A DNA stretch of 64,000 nucleotides from NCBI RefSeq assembly GCF_023055435.1, contig NW_025963968.1, forward strand, positions 6,882,001 through 6,946,000. The letters are read 5' to 3'. Made by a program: the position numbers and the translations under genes. Shown here piece by piece: positions 11,605 to 24,475 of the stretch; within the stretch, counting starts at the first letter, position 1; each line of letters begins with the position of its first letter. The stretch comes from Haliotis rufescens (lineage: Eukaryota). Under the pieces are notes generated by a model. It worked only from the letters and a program-made list of their open reading frames with translations. It made no database searches and was not told the origin of the DNA.

Positions 11605-13293
11605 ATGATGAAGATTATCGTCGTCCTTGTTGCCTGTCTGGCTGTTGCTGCCTACGCAAAACCCACTGGCTACGGTATTGGCATGTACGGAGGCCTTGGT
11701 GGCATTGGTGGCCTTGGCTATGGTGGCTATGGAATGGGAGGCCTGTACGGAGGCATGGGAGGTCTGTACGGAGGCATGGGAGGCTTTGGCTATGGTGGCC
11801 TGGGAGGTCTGTACGGAGGTATGGGTCTTTACGGAGGCTTGGGAGGCCTGTATGGAGGAATGGAAGGACTGTACGGCGGCATGTACGGAGGAAAATACGG
11901 TGGCATGTACGGAGGAATTGGACTTGGCAACGGAATTGGTACGTTTTCACTTTAATATAATTATGTTAACATGGCATTGAGAAAGATGTATGGTTGCATG
12001 AACATTTAATACACTAGCGTCATTTTTGCATATTGATTTGCTAATTTCATTAACATGTAATCTTTCTGTAGGTTTCGGGGTTTGGAGCTGAGGGCTGAGG
12101 GTGGGGTGGGTTGGAGTTTTGTCAGCAATCTTCTCTTCTCAAAACATACAATGATTACCGTTGTTCTTGTTGCCTGTCTTATTTTTGCTACCTACAACAA
12201 ACCCATTGGCCACGGTATGGGCATGTACGGTAGCCATGGGGGCCTCGGTGGCCTTGAAAGCCTTGGCTTTGGAGGCGAAGGTAAGGGAGGCCTGTATGGA
12301 GGAATAGGCCCTTCTGAAGGCGTGGGAGGCATGTATTGAGGCATGTATTGAGGCATGTATTGAGGCATGTATTGAGGCATGTATTGAGGCATGTGTTGTG
12401 TGTGCTGATCTGATGGTAGGTAAATAGTGAGGAATGTGTGGTAGAACGGGATATGTGAAGGTAAGGGTCATTTCTGCATATTGATGTGCTAAATTTGAGA
12501 AACATGTACAAGGAACATGTATGGCATGCCGGGGTAGTACAGTAACGATGTCAATGGCTGGCCAGATACAATTAATATTTCTCTCCTTCTAATTTCGCCA
12601 CAGTTCTATTCAAATAGAGAAACGAAGCGATCGTGATGTCAACCAGGCGAAATTAGTATCACAATAACATGCTTACATGTGTTCCATTCAAAGGCCTTTC
12701 AGGAATGTTGTCAGACGAACATATTTGAAAATCACTTTTATGGTTTAAGTGTTTCTTTTATATATCATTCCTCTATCATGATATTGACATAAATATCACA
12801 TTCGAACTTTGCTTCATTGCTGTTGTGGCTTTCGGGTCGTAGCAGTTATGAGTCTGTTTTAGTGAACATTTCAGCAATATAGCGGCAATCCAATCTTTCA
12901 AGGCACTATTATCAGCAACAGCATTGATACACGAGGTTTGGCTGTTATCACTCATTATTGATTACATCACATCCATCGATGTACGTCGGTCCTAGGTACT
13001 TATAATTGGGAGCTATTTTTTCCCTGGAAACCCCGTCGAATAGAAAAAAAAATACAAAGACTATGAGTTTTGTATTGTTCTTTTTAAAACTTGATAAAAT
13101 ACGTTCCCATTATGGGATCAATCTTCAGTACAGGGCTGAACCTTCTTGATATCAACGTAGTTATTTCAAGGCGAGTACATGATTTGTTTTAATTAATAGT
13201 TGCAATTTTCAATATTGTTGGTTAGACAATTACATATGCATCCCTTTATTTATATTTAATGTACTTTTTACTTCAGGTATGGGATACTATTGA
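11605..13293 (+). CDS. Secreted Gly/Met/Tyr-rich protein, pair 2 plus gene; spliced CDS 11605-11938 + 13277-13293, 116 aa
   Basis: Signal peptide and GGLY repeats; donor at 11939; acceptor CTTCAG|GTATGGGATACTATTGA; AATAAA 13391-13396. Confidence 0.9.
12140..12460 (+). pseudogene. Decayed duplicate of exon 2 inside intron 2, with a 12-bp repeat expansion
   Basis: 12151-12339 reads MITVVLVACLIFATYNKPIGHGMGMYG...GGMY*. (GAGGCATGTATT)x5 plus one imperfect copy spans 12326-12397. Donor-like GTAAGG at 12461. Confidence 0.8.
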
Positions 13294-13639
13294 GGTTGGT
13301 GAGACGGCGCCTCAGATCTGCAACAGCTTCAGCGCTGATCAAACAAACGCCTCAATTCATCATGGAAGACAAATATTTTCTTCTCGGATAAATAAAGGAC
13401 ATTTCTACAATGCTTATTATATTGTTGTTAGTTTCGAGTGATCCATTCATATAATTGTGACCCTGATTTTGCCTTTTACACCCAATATAATGTGTTTCAG
13501 TAGATAATCGAGAATAATTATTATCTGGCGTTGTCGTTTTATATTTCACCCAAATCACTCACTGTATGTTGGAGGCCAAATTGCATATTGTTTGTCTTGA
13601 TCTTATCACGTTGAGGTTTACGTGAAAAATGTAAATATC

Positions 13640-14179
13640 GCAGCAGTCCATGGTCAGGCGTTGCTCTCATAATAGTCTCATTCGGTACCGTTTGGAGCAT
13701 GCTATGCCAACCCTGTTCATAGGTATATTTTAGGCGTGACATGAATTCAGATCAAAACGATTTTGGATGGATATTGCTGTTCCCAAATATACCCGAAACC
13801 AAAGCTAAACAGGATATATTTACAATTCGAAACCAGTTGCTTTTGCCTTCATAAAATGCCTGTTACATCATATTGTAACACTTTTGTGGATAACGGGAGT
13901 CAGGATTAGAAATAAGCGTCAGCTCGTAACTGATACATATTGTGTAAGCACAAATAGATACATGTAATGGATATCGGCCACACTCTCCACTAACGATGTG
14001 GTTAGGGGTAGATATCTTGACACCAAGAAAGCGCTTACACGTCAACATATGTACAGTTTCCATTTCATCATTTTGATACTACGCCTATACCTCTGATCCA
14101 TAAAGCAATATTGGGGTTATTTCCATGTCAAATATTCTCGACAACAGTTCATGACCAAGATCATCTACTTTACATTATG
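13640..14179 (-). mobile_element. Truncated third copy of the LINE remnant
   Basis: Aligns with about 135-674, then jumps to the equivalent of 2220. Confidence 0.7.
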
Positions 14180-14987
14180 TTGGGCACAGTACAACAGTAC
14201 ATGTTCTCCATCTTATGTGTATACGTAAAATACGTGGTGTCCTATTCGTGCAAAAAATCCAAATGGATATTAGATGAAACTGTATACTTGGACAGTCATC
14301 GTTTTAAAAATGAAATGTTAATCTACAGTTAATAGCTCAACAGCATATATAATATAATGATGATTGTTTACGTGTGATATGAATAATGTTTATGTTATGC
14401 CTTTCTCCTTACCACCAATCCCTTCTGAATCGATTAAGAATGTTTTTATAGTTTATGATTCATACTGTGCAATTAAATTACAGAGTAAAATAACCACGCA
14501 TCAACCCTTACAAGTCAACTCTCGCGAATGTATTTTGAGCGATATATTATAGTTAAAAGAATACAGGACATCTAATATATATCTCCTTAAATATGTTTTC
14601 GTGTGTTTTTATCATACCACATGTAAGTTCAGGAATATGTATATCCTTCCATGCAGATTATTAACAAAATATGTTTTCCACACAACTCAAGTTATTTACA
14701 TATCCTGCCTTCAATGATATTTGTGTTATAATGGCCCTATGTGAAGACATACCGATGGAGCTTTGAAAAGTAATATTAATTCACCCAGTCAACTTGGAAC
14801 TCATGAGTTCAACCAACGTTGATGTACGCCATATTCATCACTTGTAGTTTATGTTGTACATATATGAAGTAAACAGATGAGGGAAATAAGAGCAATGTAA
14901 CACATATTTTATTGAACTACTCTTGGTTCTTCATTAATGGATAGCGATAAAGCTAGAGTTGTATCTTCGGCTTGTGTAAGAAGACTC

Positions 14988-15459
14988 TCAGTAGTAACCG
15001 TACCCCATACCTGAAAGAGAACACATAATACACATGTCAGTAGGTTAAAATCAAGATGTGTACCTTTCATTTATCTTACGTTCAAGTAAGTTTTAATCTA
15101 GGTTAATGGTTGCTTAATTTATTGTTATGTCAAGCATGATATTACACAGATAACCTACCAATTCCTTTGCCAAGTCCAATTCCTCCGTACATGCCGCCGT
15201 ACAGTCCTCCCATTCCTCCGTACAGTCCTCCCATTCCTCCATACAGGCCTCCCAAGCCTCCGTAAAGACCCATACCTCCGTACAGACCTCCCAGTCCACC
15301 ATAGCCAAAGCCTCCCATGCCTCCGTACAGGCCTCCCATTCCATAGCCGCCATAGCCAAGGCCACCAAGGCCTCCGTACATGCCCATACCGTAGCCAGTG
15401 GGTTTAGCGTAGGCAGCAACAGCCAGACAGGCAACAAGGACGACGATAATCTTCATCAT
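14988..15459 (-). CDS. Secreted Gly/Met/Tyr-rich protein, pair 3 minus gene; spliced CDS 15459-15159 + 15010-14988, 107 aa
   Basis: Signal peptide and repeats; donor GTAGGT; GMGYGYY terminal exon; exon-1 donor GTGAGT at 15903. Confidence 0.9.
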
Positions 15460-15957
15460 TTTCAGTAGCTGCCATGAAGGAATAAACACGTTCATAATCG
15501 CAGTAGATTAATATGTAAAACAAATAATATACATACAATTCTATGATTCAACAATACACATGATTCAAAGATCTGTGTACATTAATAAAAAAATATTGCA
15601 ATTATGTATTCATTCGAAGTTACGCTTGAATGTTTCTTCACATCATAGCCGAATATGATACGAATATTGAAGCAAAGTTTTATACACTTGATCGAACAGG
15701 ATGGAATCACTTGATACCATGTTTCAAAAATTCCTGTGTGTACTTCGGAGCAATGAAAAAGTAAAGAATGGATTTCATAAATTGGTTGTCACGAGGATAA
15801 TCGACTTAAACTAACTTTAAACATTGTTAGCATTATCACATAGAGAATCAAATAGAATTACTACCACATGTACACTTATAGAATGCGATATGTATATACT
15901 CACATTTAGTTACACAGATCACACAGATCGACTATTTGCGAATGCAGTAAAGTTCAG

Positions 15958-16251
15958 TGAGGTGGTCACTCATAGTTCTCAGGTTTATATACTTGGTGTG
16001 TTTTGTGTTACCTGTGATTGATTTGCCTGGGAATGGCTACTTCCAGGTGGGTTGAATAAACATCAATCAACTCTTCCTGAACAAGTAAAGATGACATAAA
16101 ATTATCAATTAACATGTGTTTTATCCTAGGGGCTAACATGTCAGTAGTATTGGGTAAGTGTACAAGGAAGTGTGGACATTGCTCCAGTGGGGTTAGACAT
16201 TCCCACAATCCCCGGCCTATAAAAGCAAACAGAAAAAGGCCTTTATCACAA
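15958..16251. promoter_or_regulatory. Bidirectional promoter of pair 3
   Basis: Minus TATATAAA 15991-15984 with Inr TCACTG; plus TATAAAAG 16218-16225; plus exon-1 donor GTAAGT at 16279. Confidence 0.85.
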
Positions 16252-16567
16252 GTTTCGCACAGCTCCATAGTGACAAAGGTAAGTTGGCTTGTATTTTCAT
16301 TATTTGTTAAAATTAATGAAGTCGTATTTGTAAATGTATTAAAATGTCAAGAAACAAAGGAACCGAAAGTGATTACGACTAATTTCTGCTGACAACCTCA
16401 CATTTTGTGATACATTGCAAATACTGTTTATTACATTTCCGTCTCATGAAATTGAAATCTATCTAAACATTACTTGTTTTACAATAATCTTATTTCAAAC
16501 CGATTCGCTGGAAGGTATTTATGTAATGGGATTAAGAAGTTAAGTATTCTTCTGGCAGCTACTGAAA

Positions 16568-17991
16568 ATGATGAGGATTATCGTCGTCCTTGTTGCCTGT
16601 CTGGCTGTTACCACCTACGCCAATCCCACTGGCTACGGTATTGGCATGTACGGAGGCCTTGGTGGCCTTGGCTATGGCGGCTATGGTATTGGAGGCCTGT
16701 ACGGAGGCATGGGAGGTCTGTACAGAGGTATGGGTCTTTACGGAGGCTTGGGAGGCCTGTACGGAGGAATGGGAGGCCTGTACGGCGGCATGTATGGAGG
16801 AAAATACGGCGGCATGTACGGGGGAATTGGATTTGGAAAAGGAATTGGTAAGTTTCGTGAGTACACTGTATGTTGTACACCAGAACCATTGGCTATGTCA
16901 TGGGCATTTACGTGTGCCTTGTTGACCTTGGCTATGGCAGCTATTGTATGGAATGTCTGTGTGTGGTCACTGGATGTATATACGGAGAAATGAGCCTTTA
17001 AAGATGATTGGTAGGCTTGTACGGAGGCATTGTACGACTATATGTTGGCATGTAAGGCATGGATGGACTGTCTGGTTAAATTGGATATAGGCACGGTAAG
17101 GTAATTGTGCATTTTAATTTGAGTAACATGAACATATTTATGGATATAGATCCAGATACCAGTGACACGCGAAAGTTATATTTAGTTAGTCACGACGAAA
17201 GGATCGTGTTGCAACCAGGTGAAACAAGTATCACAGTCACATGTTTACATTCACATCCAGTTCTGGAATGTAGTCATATCTTGGTGTATGTAATTCTTTA
17301 TATATCTTTCCCCCATCTTCATATTGTTATTGGGGCGGTCGGGTAGCCTAGTGGTTAAAGCATTCGCTCGTCACGCCGAAGACCCGGGTTCGATTCCCGA
17401 CATGGGTACAATGTGTAAAGCCCATTTTCTGGTGTCCCCCGCCGTGATATGGCTGGAATATTGCTAAAAGCGGCGTAAAACCATACTCACTCACTCACTC
17501 ATATTGTTATAGGAATCACATTCAGACTAGGCTCCATGTCTGCCGTTGCTGTCGTGGCAGTTATGAATGAGTTAGTGAATGTTAGTGAAAATTACAACCA
17601 TTTGACGACAATCCTGTAGTTCAAGGCATCAGCAGCATTATTAATGTAGGAAGTTCGGCTGTTATCAAACATTATTGGCTAGATCACAATAGCCCTTACG
17701 ACAAACCACGGGGTACTTGCAACTTGGAAATAGTTTTTCCTGGGATAATTCGGATCGAATCGAAAAGTACCGCGCCATTTGTATTGTTACTTTTAATCTT
17801 TGATAAAAACCGGGCACATTACGGGATTATTCTACTATATAGGTCTGAACCGTTCTTGATATCACCGTAATTATTCCAAGTCGAGTAAACAATTTCTCTT
17901 GAATAGTAGTTGCAATTTACGACATATTGAATAAACACTCTTTTATTTATATCAAATGTGTCTTTTTACTTCAGGCCTTGGATACTATTGA
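16568..17991 (+). CDS. Secreted Gly/Met/Tyr-rich protein, pair 3 plus gene; spliced CDS 16568-16847 + 17975-17991, 98 aa ending GLGYY
   Basis: Donor G|GTAAGT at 16848; acceptor TTACTTCAG|GCCTTGGATACTATTGA; AATAAA 18088-18093. Confidence 0.88.
16880..17095 (+). pseudogene. Heavily decayed duplicate of exon 2 in intron 2
   Basis: ccattggctatgtcatgggcatttac...ccttggctatggc...cttgtacggaggcat, ending at GTAAGG. Confidence 0.7.
17332..17500 (+). mobile_element. tRNA-derived SINE with (CACT)n tail
   Basis: A/B boxes (TAGCCTAGTGG, GGTTCGATTCCC); target-site duplication ATATTGTTAT. Confidence 0.9.
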
Positions 17992-18889
17992 GGTTAGTGA
18001 GATGGCGTCTCTCATCTGCAACAGTGTCAGCGCAGATCAAACAACACCTCCACGCATCATGGCCAACAAATACTCACCTCTTGGATAAATAAATCACACT
18101 TCTAACATGCTAATTATCTATTTTGTCATTAGTTTTCAGTTTTCCATTTATATAATTTACACCGCTCTTATGCCTTCTACCACCTAAAGAATCTGGTTTG
18201 GCAAATAATCGAGGCTGTTTATCCTCTGGCGTTGGCGTCGACCCCTATTACTACTCACTGTTAGTTGCAGTCTAAATTGCATGTTCTTATCAACGTGTAC
18301 CATAAACATTTTACCTTTGCAAGTAAACGTCGCACCGACTAAAGACATAGTTTTGAATAGACATGCATCAGTGAATCCAAATAAGGTCAAGGTCAAGGGT
18401 ACATGAAAAGTGTAAAGATCACAGCAGGGAAATGGGTAATAAAAATGTTTATTAGAAACGATTTCGAAACAGACGAAAACATTGACATAAGCGGAGTGTT
18501 GAGCTATGAGTCGTGTAGATAGCACATTTTAGTACATTTTCTTCAACAGGTTGGTAGAAATCACGGGTAAACACAAACACAATAAGGTCTTTGAGTAAAT
18601 AAAAGCGACAAAACCCTTTGCAAAAATATATAAATAAAAGACATATCGCCAAAAGCAGAGTCGATTGTACGATTCGGATTATATCATGATCATGTAATTT
18701 ATTATGAATCACTATCAAATAGTGATCATACCAGGTGTCACTATTTTAAGTTATGTTAATTTCCAATTTATGGCATGTATTCTGTGAAGTTTACAACTGC
18801 TTGACGGGGCACCCTAGTTACGATGAAAACCCAGTACGTTGTATATGCTGCCACAAACCCCTTTCCATAATATTGACTATATCATGAGC

Positions 18890-19900
18890 ATGTGTTTATG
18901 AATCACTATTACATTTGGATGATACCAGGTTTTCGCGAAAAGGTGAGCGTATCAGTGGCACCCGTCACAAACACATGAAAAGGCAAGTCAATTTTTCACC
19001 TCGAAACAACATAGGGACTTATGGTACACGTCAAAATAGGGAATCGGACATCATTTTGTCACCGATGCGTCGAAATCATCCCCACTATAAAACGTTTCGA
19101 AAGCTTTTCTGGGGTATTGAATGGTGTAACCTTGATCAAACAACTTCTGAGCATGAATTGTATGACATTCTCGATTGTACCTCAAAAGTTGTGAAATAAA
19201 GACACCAAGGGCTGGCGCTGTAGGAATATTGCTCGACATAAATGGAATGTTGACTATTGTAAAGTTGACGTCATTCCTCTCACAGGACTCCTTTATTTCT
19301 AGTTCATGTGGGTAAATCTGTGGAAGGGAATTAACTATTTTATTGTAATTGAACGATGTCAGATCATCGATAAAACGAAACTTCGAATTCAGTTAAACGT
19401 CATATGCATGAAGTTGAGCACACTTAGTGCCCATGGGGATGCCAACTTACCAATATTTTACATAGATGCTATCAATGAGGAAGTCCAACACTCCACATGT
19501 TGTTTTCTCAATAAAATTCAGATGGCATTTGTTTGCATTTATCACAGATTGCCCTGAAACTCTGAAGATAAATAACTGTAACTGTATCTTGAGTCACCAC
19601 GGTTTGTAACGGAATCCCCCATGGATCAAGGAATGAAGCTTCCCCTTAAATTTGTAATGTGGAATATTGGTGAAAAAAAAATTGAACAATCAAATGTTTT
19701 AACAGAATTCAAATTAAGTTCTTTTGGGAGATTGTTAAAATCAACCAAATCCTTCTGGTTTTTGAGAACCCACATGGTATTAATTCCACGTGTCACAAAT
19801 ACATGCTGTGAGTATAGAGAAACTTCTTCCTTGACCGTATTAAGGTATTGGTTACCCATTGAGACAGGGATTTAGTGGACCAGGTACATATATACGAGGG
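18890..19900 (-). mobile_element. Decayed Penelope-like retroelement (Naiad-like RT)
   Basis: Minus-strand motifs GINTMWVLKN..SVKTFD, GIPMGTKCA, FIDD and NFTIVNIPFMSSNIPTAPALGVFISQLLRY. Confidence 0.8.
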
Positions 19901-20562
19901 ATCTGTAGAAAGATATTACAATGACAATGGCAATCAGTTTTTGCTCTAAAGGCCCATAAAAAAACCATCTTTACCAATACAATATAATATAAATATGCCC
20001 TGGTCACTTATTGTTCCATTTTTCCATGTATCTTGAACATATTATACAATTATACAAATTTTGCAATCAAAAATACCGTTTTCTCATTATTTGATGAACA
20101 AATGGATCTTATTTCATGACAATTGATCATATCAGGGGTAAAGTATGTAGAACGTACATCATGTTGGGAACTAACTGTGCAAGAGTACATATTCTTCATA
20201 TAATATCCATGTGTAAAAAACATGGCTATGGATTTTTCAAACATATTTCATTGTCAAAAGACAAATGGATTGAACACAAGTTTACATGGAGGTCATATAT
20301 ATGTTTCACCGCATAGGTACAATGTGTTAGCTTGCGACGACATTCGTACAATGTTTGACCCTCTCTGTGTGAAGATTCATATTCCATTAAACCAACACGA
20401 AGTGATGAACAGTTCTTATACATTTTAGATCACTATTGTATTCCATGAACACCCTTCTTGTTTACACTGACAGTCATACAACGTCCGACTGGATGGCGAA
20501 ATAAAATAAGTGATATGAGGATACTTATGCTCAAATCCATCTTTTGCATTTAGGTTCCAATA

Positions 20563-20730
20563 GTGAGTGAGTGAGTGAGTATGGTTTTACGCCGCTTTTA
20601 GCAATATTCCAGCAATATCACGGCGGGGGACACCAGAAATGGGCTTCACACATTACTCATGTTGGGAATAGAACCCGGGTCTTCGGCGTGACGAGCGAAT
20701 GCTTTAACCACTAGGCTACCCGACCGCCCC
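20563..20730 (-). mobile_element. tRNA-derived SINE (same family as 17332)
   Basis: Reverse complement of the 17332 element; target-site duplication GGTTCCAATA. Confidence 0.9.
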
Positions 20731-23118
20731 TTTGGTTCCAATAAATAGATTCAAATACCATCACCATAAATGAGAAAGATTTGTTAAGAACTACCACAGT
20801 AAGTCAGTCACCGTGACATCGCGTTGTGATCCATTTACATCAAATACAGGACGTCACACTGGCCTACAAAAGAAACGCGAAAGGTATATTTTTTCATGAA
20901 CCTGGGGCGATTACAAGTATTAGTCATTACTGATCAATTGACCGATCATTAAAAGGTGATTAAGATTAGGGGGTCTTTATAATCAGAGACAACTCTTCTG
21001 TATGTGTTTGTGCTTCACAGGAATGCGCAAGTAAGCCGTTTTCTAATACGAAAGTCATAAATCGTGTCAATGAGACACTACATAAGTGTTATAGCAATTA
21101 ACACATATCTTTGAAAGAGATAGTTATTCATAATTACTCATATATTCTTTTGGAAAATAGAATGGAGGTTACATAATGCGATATGAATATGTAATTGTTT
21201 TGTGTTTGATTGTTGCATACACAATAATTCACCTAAGTTGGTGGTATACAAGGGAGCCGATAGAGGCTCATGTTCACTTCCAACTATAGACTGTATGATG
21301 AGGCGGGGACAGTTTTTAGAGGGCAGTCACATTGTAGTGTCTGAATCTTAGTTTTAACTTTCTGTTTCATTATCTGCTCTGTTATTGCGTGTTGACAACT
21401 GTGATAAGTGTAAGTGTACCTGTGCGATCTTTGAATCACTCAGAAGCTGACATTTAGCTCAGGTCAGTTAACAGGTGTACATCCTTTTGGTTTGTGTACA
21501 CGGTGTGTTGGTGTATGAAGAATTGAACCATTAGTGTCTGCGTGGGGGTAACGACAAGGACAATGTTAACGCAATAATGTAAAACTAGATCGAAAAGTAG
21601 AAGTATCATGGAAATGATTTCAAACATCAAAATACATCCTTTTGAGATTTACCATCCTCCATGGGAGCTGATTACAGGAATTCGTTCACTCATTACGACA
21701 ACAACTCCATTTCAGATAAAAAAGCGCATGGCCGTTAAAAGAGGGTGATTCCCAAGGACATGCAGGTTGTTGAGAGAAACTATATTGAAACTTATTAAGC
21801 TAATTCATGAAAGCAATTATAAGCAAAACTTATATAGCGAGGGTCTTCATGGAATCACATCAAGCAACACATGAAACAATGGTCAATACACCTTGAAACT
21901 ATTGAAATCAGTCAGTATCAGTCATACAGCCCCCTAAAACGAAATATTCTAATACAATAACAACATATTTGGAAAAGAAAGCAAAGGCGCGTATCCAAGA
22001 CTAACACATATATAGTCAGGATATCATCGATACGATTCTAAACTTTGCATCTAAAATGAAAGTTCAATCAGGGTATGCTTAAAAAATATGGTTGGAACTG
22101 AAGAATCCTATCACTAAGTCAACATACATTTCCAAATTATTGAGAAATTGCTTATGTTATACCACTGCATCTATTTGAAAAAGGGATCTATCCCATCTAG
22201 GAATCTATAGACTCATATGTTTGGTTTCACGTGTTGGGAAAATGAGAACATTATGGATTTCAGTTCGGATTCACAATAAAAGGGTCACAATAAAATTAAA
22301 CTGATACAACTGTACCAAATATCTCCAAATCAATCAACTGACAAACAAACCATTTGAAGTATTTTGTAGAATATCAAATGGATTTGACAGTCTTTGGCTA
22401 GTTGATCTCATTAATAAATAAGAATTCTATGCTTAACACGGTAAACTCGCTTATCACACTTCATTTGCTTATCACACTTCTGAAACCCCCTGTGACGTCA
22501 TCTATTGTTTTCGATGGTTGAGGTTTTCGGTCACAGAGTCATTACATATAGAAGCAAACGTTTTTGAAGTCATGCTTTCAAAATACCCGAAATTATAATG
22601 TGGAATATGTAATAAAATATTATTTTTTTTTGTTCTTGTCAATTTATTATAAGCTGTATGGCAAATTGTGTAACTCTGAAGGATGTCTGAACATATCGCT
22701 TTAATTCGTTTCAACAAAATCAGTAAATGAGAGTCACAGCTTCAAGATGTGATGGGATAAATGTCTGACATATATCACATAGCCGACATCCACATTTACT
22801 TTTGGTGATCTTTCCGTTCACATTTCACTAATAATTCTTGTCATGAAGTGCATTGTAAATCGACGGATTAAGAAAAACGTTCTGAAATTGTGTAAAGCAT
22901 TCCACTCATACACTCCACTGTCGGTGTCAAGATCAGACTAACATTAACCCACATCCTCTGGATCCTGTGTAACTTATATTAATATTATAAAAAATGTCGT
23001 ACATCTGTTTAAATTATATAATGAAATTAACAAGAATACGTTTAACAGGTATTTTATTACAATCGTAGATTATACATCAGTGTATAATACAGGGAGCTGT
23101 TCATTGAAGGCACGACTC

Positions 23119-23760
23119 TCAGTAGTAACCGTATCCCATACCTAAAAGAGACAACAAAATACGCAATTATAAGATAGCAACACACTTGAGTACACTAAAG
23201 TACTTCTGCCTAAGGAGTTTCTCCCAAAACACAAATTGTCTGATAAAAGTCTGACAGAAGCCGTTATTTAGAGATAAAAAGTGTTTGGTTTCGCTTTTCA
23301 AACAAGGACATTGCATGTATTGAGAGAAGAAAATATTCTGTCGCTAATCGTACCCCTCCCATCGCAACCCCTTCACAAATGTTACATGTTACTAGAATCA
23401 GCAAAATCAATATGCCACAATCATAATATACACAGACAACTTACCAATTCCTTTGCCGAGTCCAATTCCTCCGTACATGCCACCGTACAGTCCTCCCATT
23501 CCTCCGTACAGGCCTCCCAAGCCTCCGTAAAGACCCATACCTCCGTGCAGACCTCCCATGCCTCCGTACAGACCTCCCATGCCTCCGTACAGGCCTCCCA
23601 TGCCACCATACAGGCCTCCCATACCGAAGCCGCCATAGCCAAGGCCACCAAGGCCACCAAGGCCACCAAGGCCTCCGTACATGCCCATACCGTTGCCAAT
23701 GGGTTTGGCGTAGGCAGAAACAGCCAGACAGGCAACAAGGACGACGATAATCTTCATCAT
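23119..23760 (-). CDS. Secreted Gly/Met/Tyr-rich protein, pair 4 minus gene; spliced CDS 23760-23445 + 23141-23119, 112 aa
   Basis: Donor GTAAGT; acceptor CTTTTAG|GTATGGGATACGGTTACTACTGA; AATAAA 23058-23053; exon-1 donor GTGAGT at 24156. Confidence 0.9.
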
Positions 23761-24202
23761 TTTCAGTAGCTGTCAATAAAATACGAAATAGGTTTTGCGA
23801 TAGCAATAGACTTGCTGCATGTTGTTATTGAATTTGAAAAATAATGTTAAACGTGGATGTACACCTTAAACATATATGACCAAAGTGATGTTCCGTGTAG
23901 TTGATAATTTAGAATGTAAGAAATAAAACAAAAATGTTTTATCATTTACTGTGAACCCTTAGTTGGTGTAAAGATTAAGGTTAAACATAAAGAGTTATTC
24001 GATTAAACGATTTTAGAAATAGATATGGTGTATCGACGAATCAGTTATTGATTGGGTAAAACGGTTGGTCCTCACAGGTGAAATATTTACGAGGGATGCG
24101 GAGACCAAGTAGCCTATAATGGCAGACTAATAAGTGTTATTCACGTTGGTACTCACAGTTAGGTGTACGGAGCGACTAGGTTGTCAATGCAGAGACGTTC
24201 AG

Positions 24203-24475
24203 TGAAGTTTACGCTCTTAACATTCACGTTTATATACGCGGCGTGTTATGTGTAACCTGTGATTGATTTGCCTGGGAATGGCTACTTCCGGGTGAGATCA
24301 AGGGCACACACCAATTAACACACCCTGAACATGAACAGGTGACATAACATCACCGATGAGCATGTGTTTTATCCATATGCTTAGGGCTTAAATGTGAGAA
24401 GTATTGGATAACTGTACAAGGAAGTGTGGAAAGTGCACCAGTGAGGACGTCCCCACAACCCCGGCCATAATAAAC
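24203..24475. promoter_or_regulatory. Promoter of pair 4 (minus core intact, plus core disrupted)
   Basis: Minus TATATAAA 24236-24229 with Inr TCACTG and conserved core. The plus side reads ccggccATAATAAAC instead of ccggccTATA(T/A)AAG. Confidence 0.75.

Noticed and set aside
16568-16993. Unspliced C-termini in the ORF track (e.g. the 141-aa version, ..RLSD, ..TFAM)
   Set aside because: These are read-through past a conserved donor; the tails are unconserved, while the GYY micro-exon is conserved.
20858-22500. Possible old DNA transposon remnant (TIR-like CACTGGCCTACAAAAGAAACG)
   Set aside because: I found no matching second end or recognisable transposase motif.
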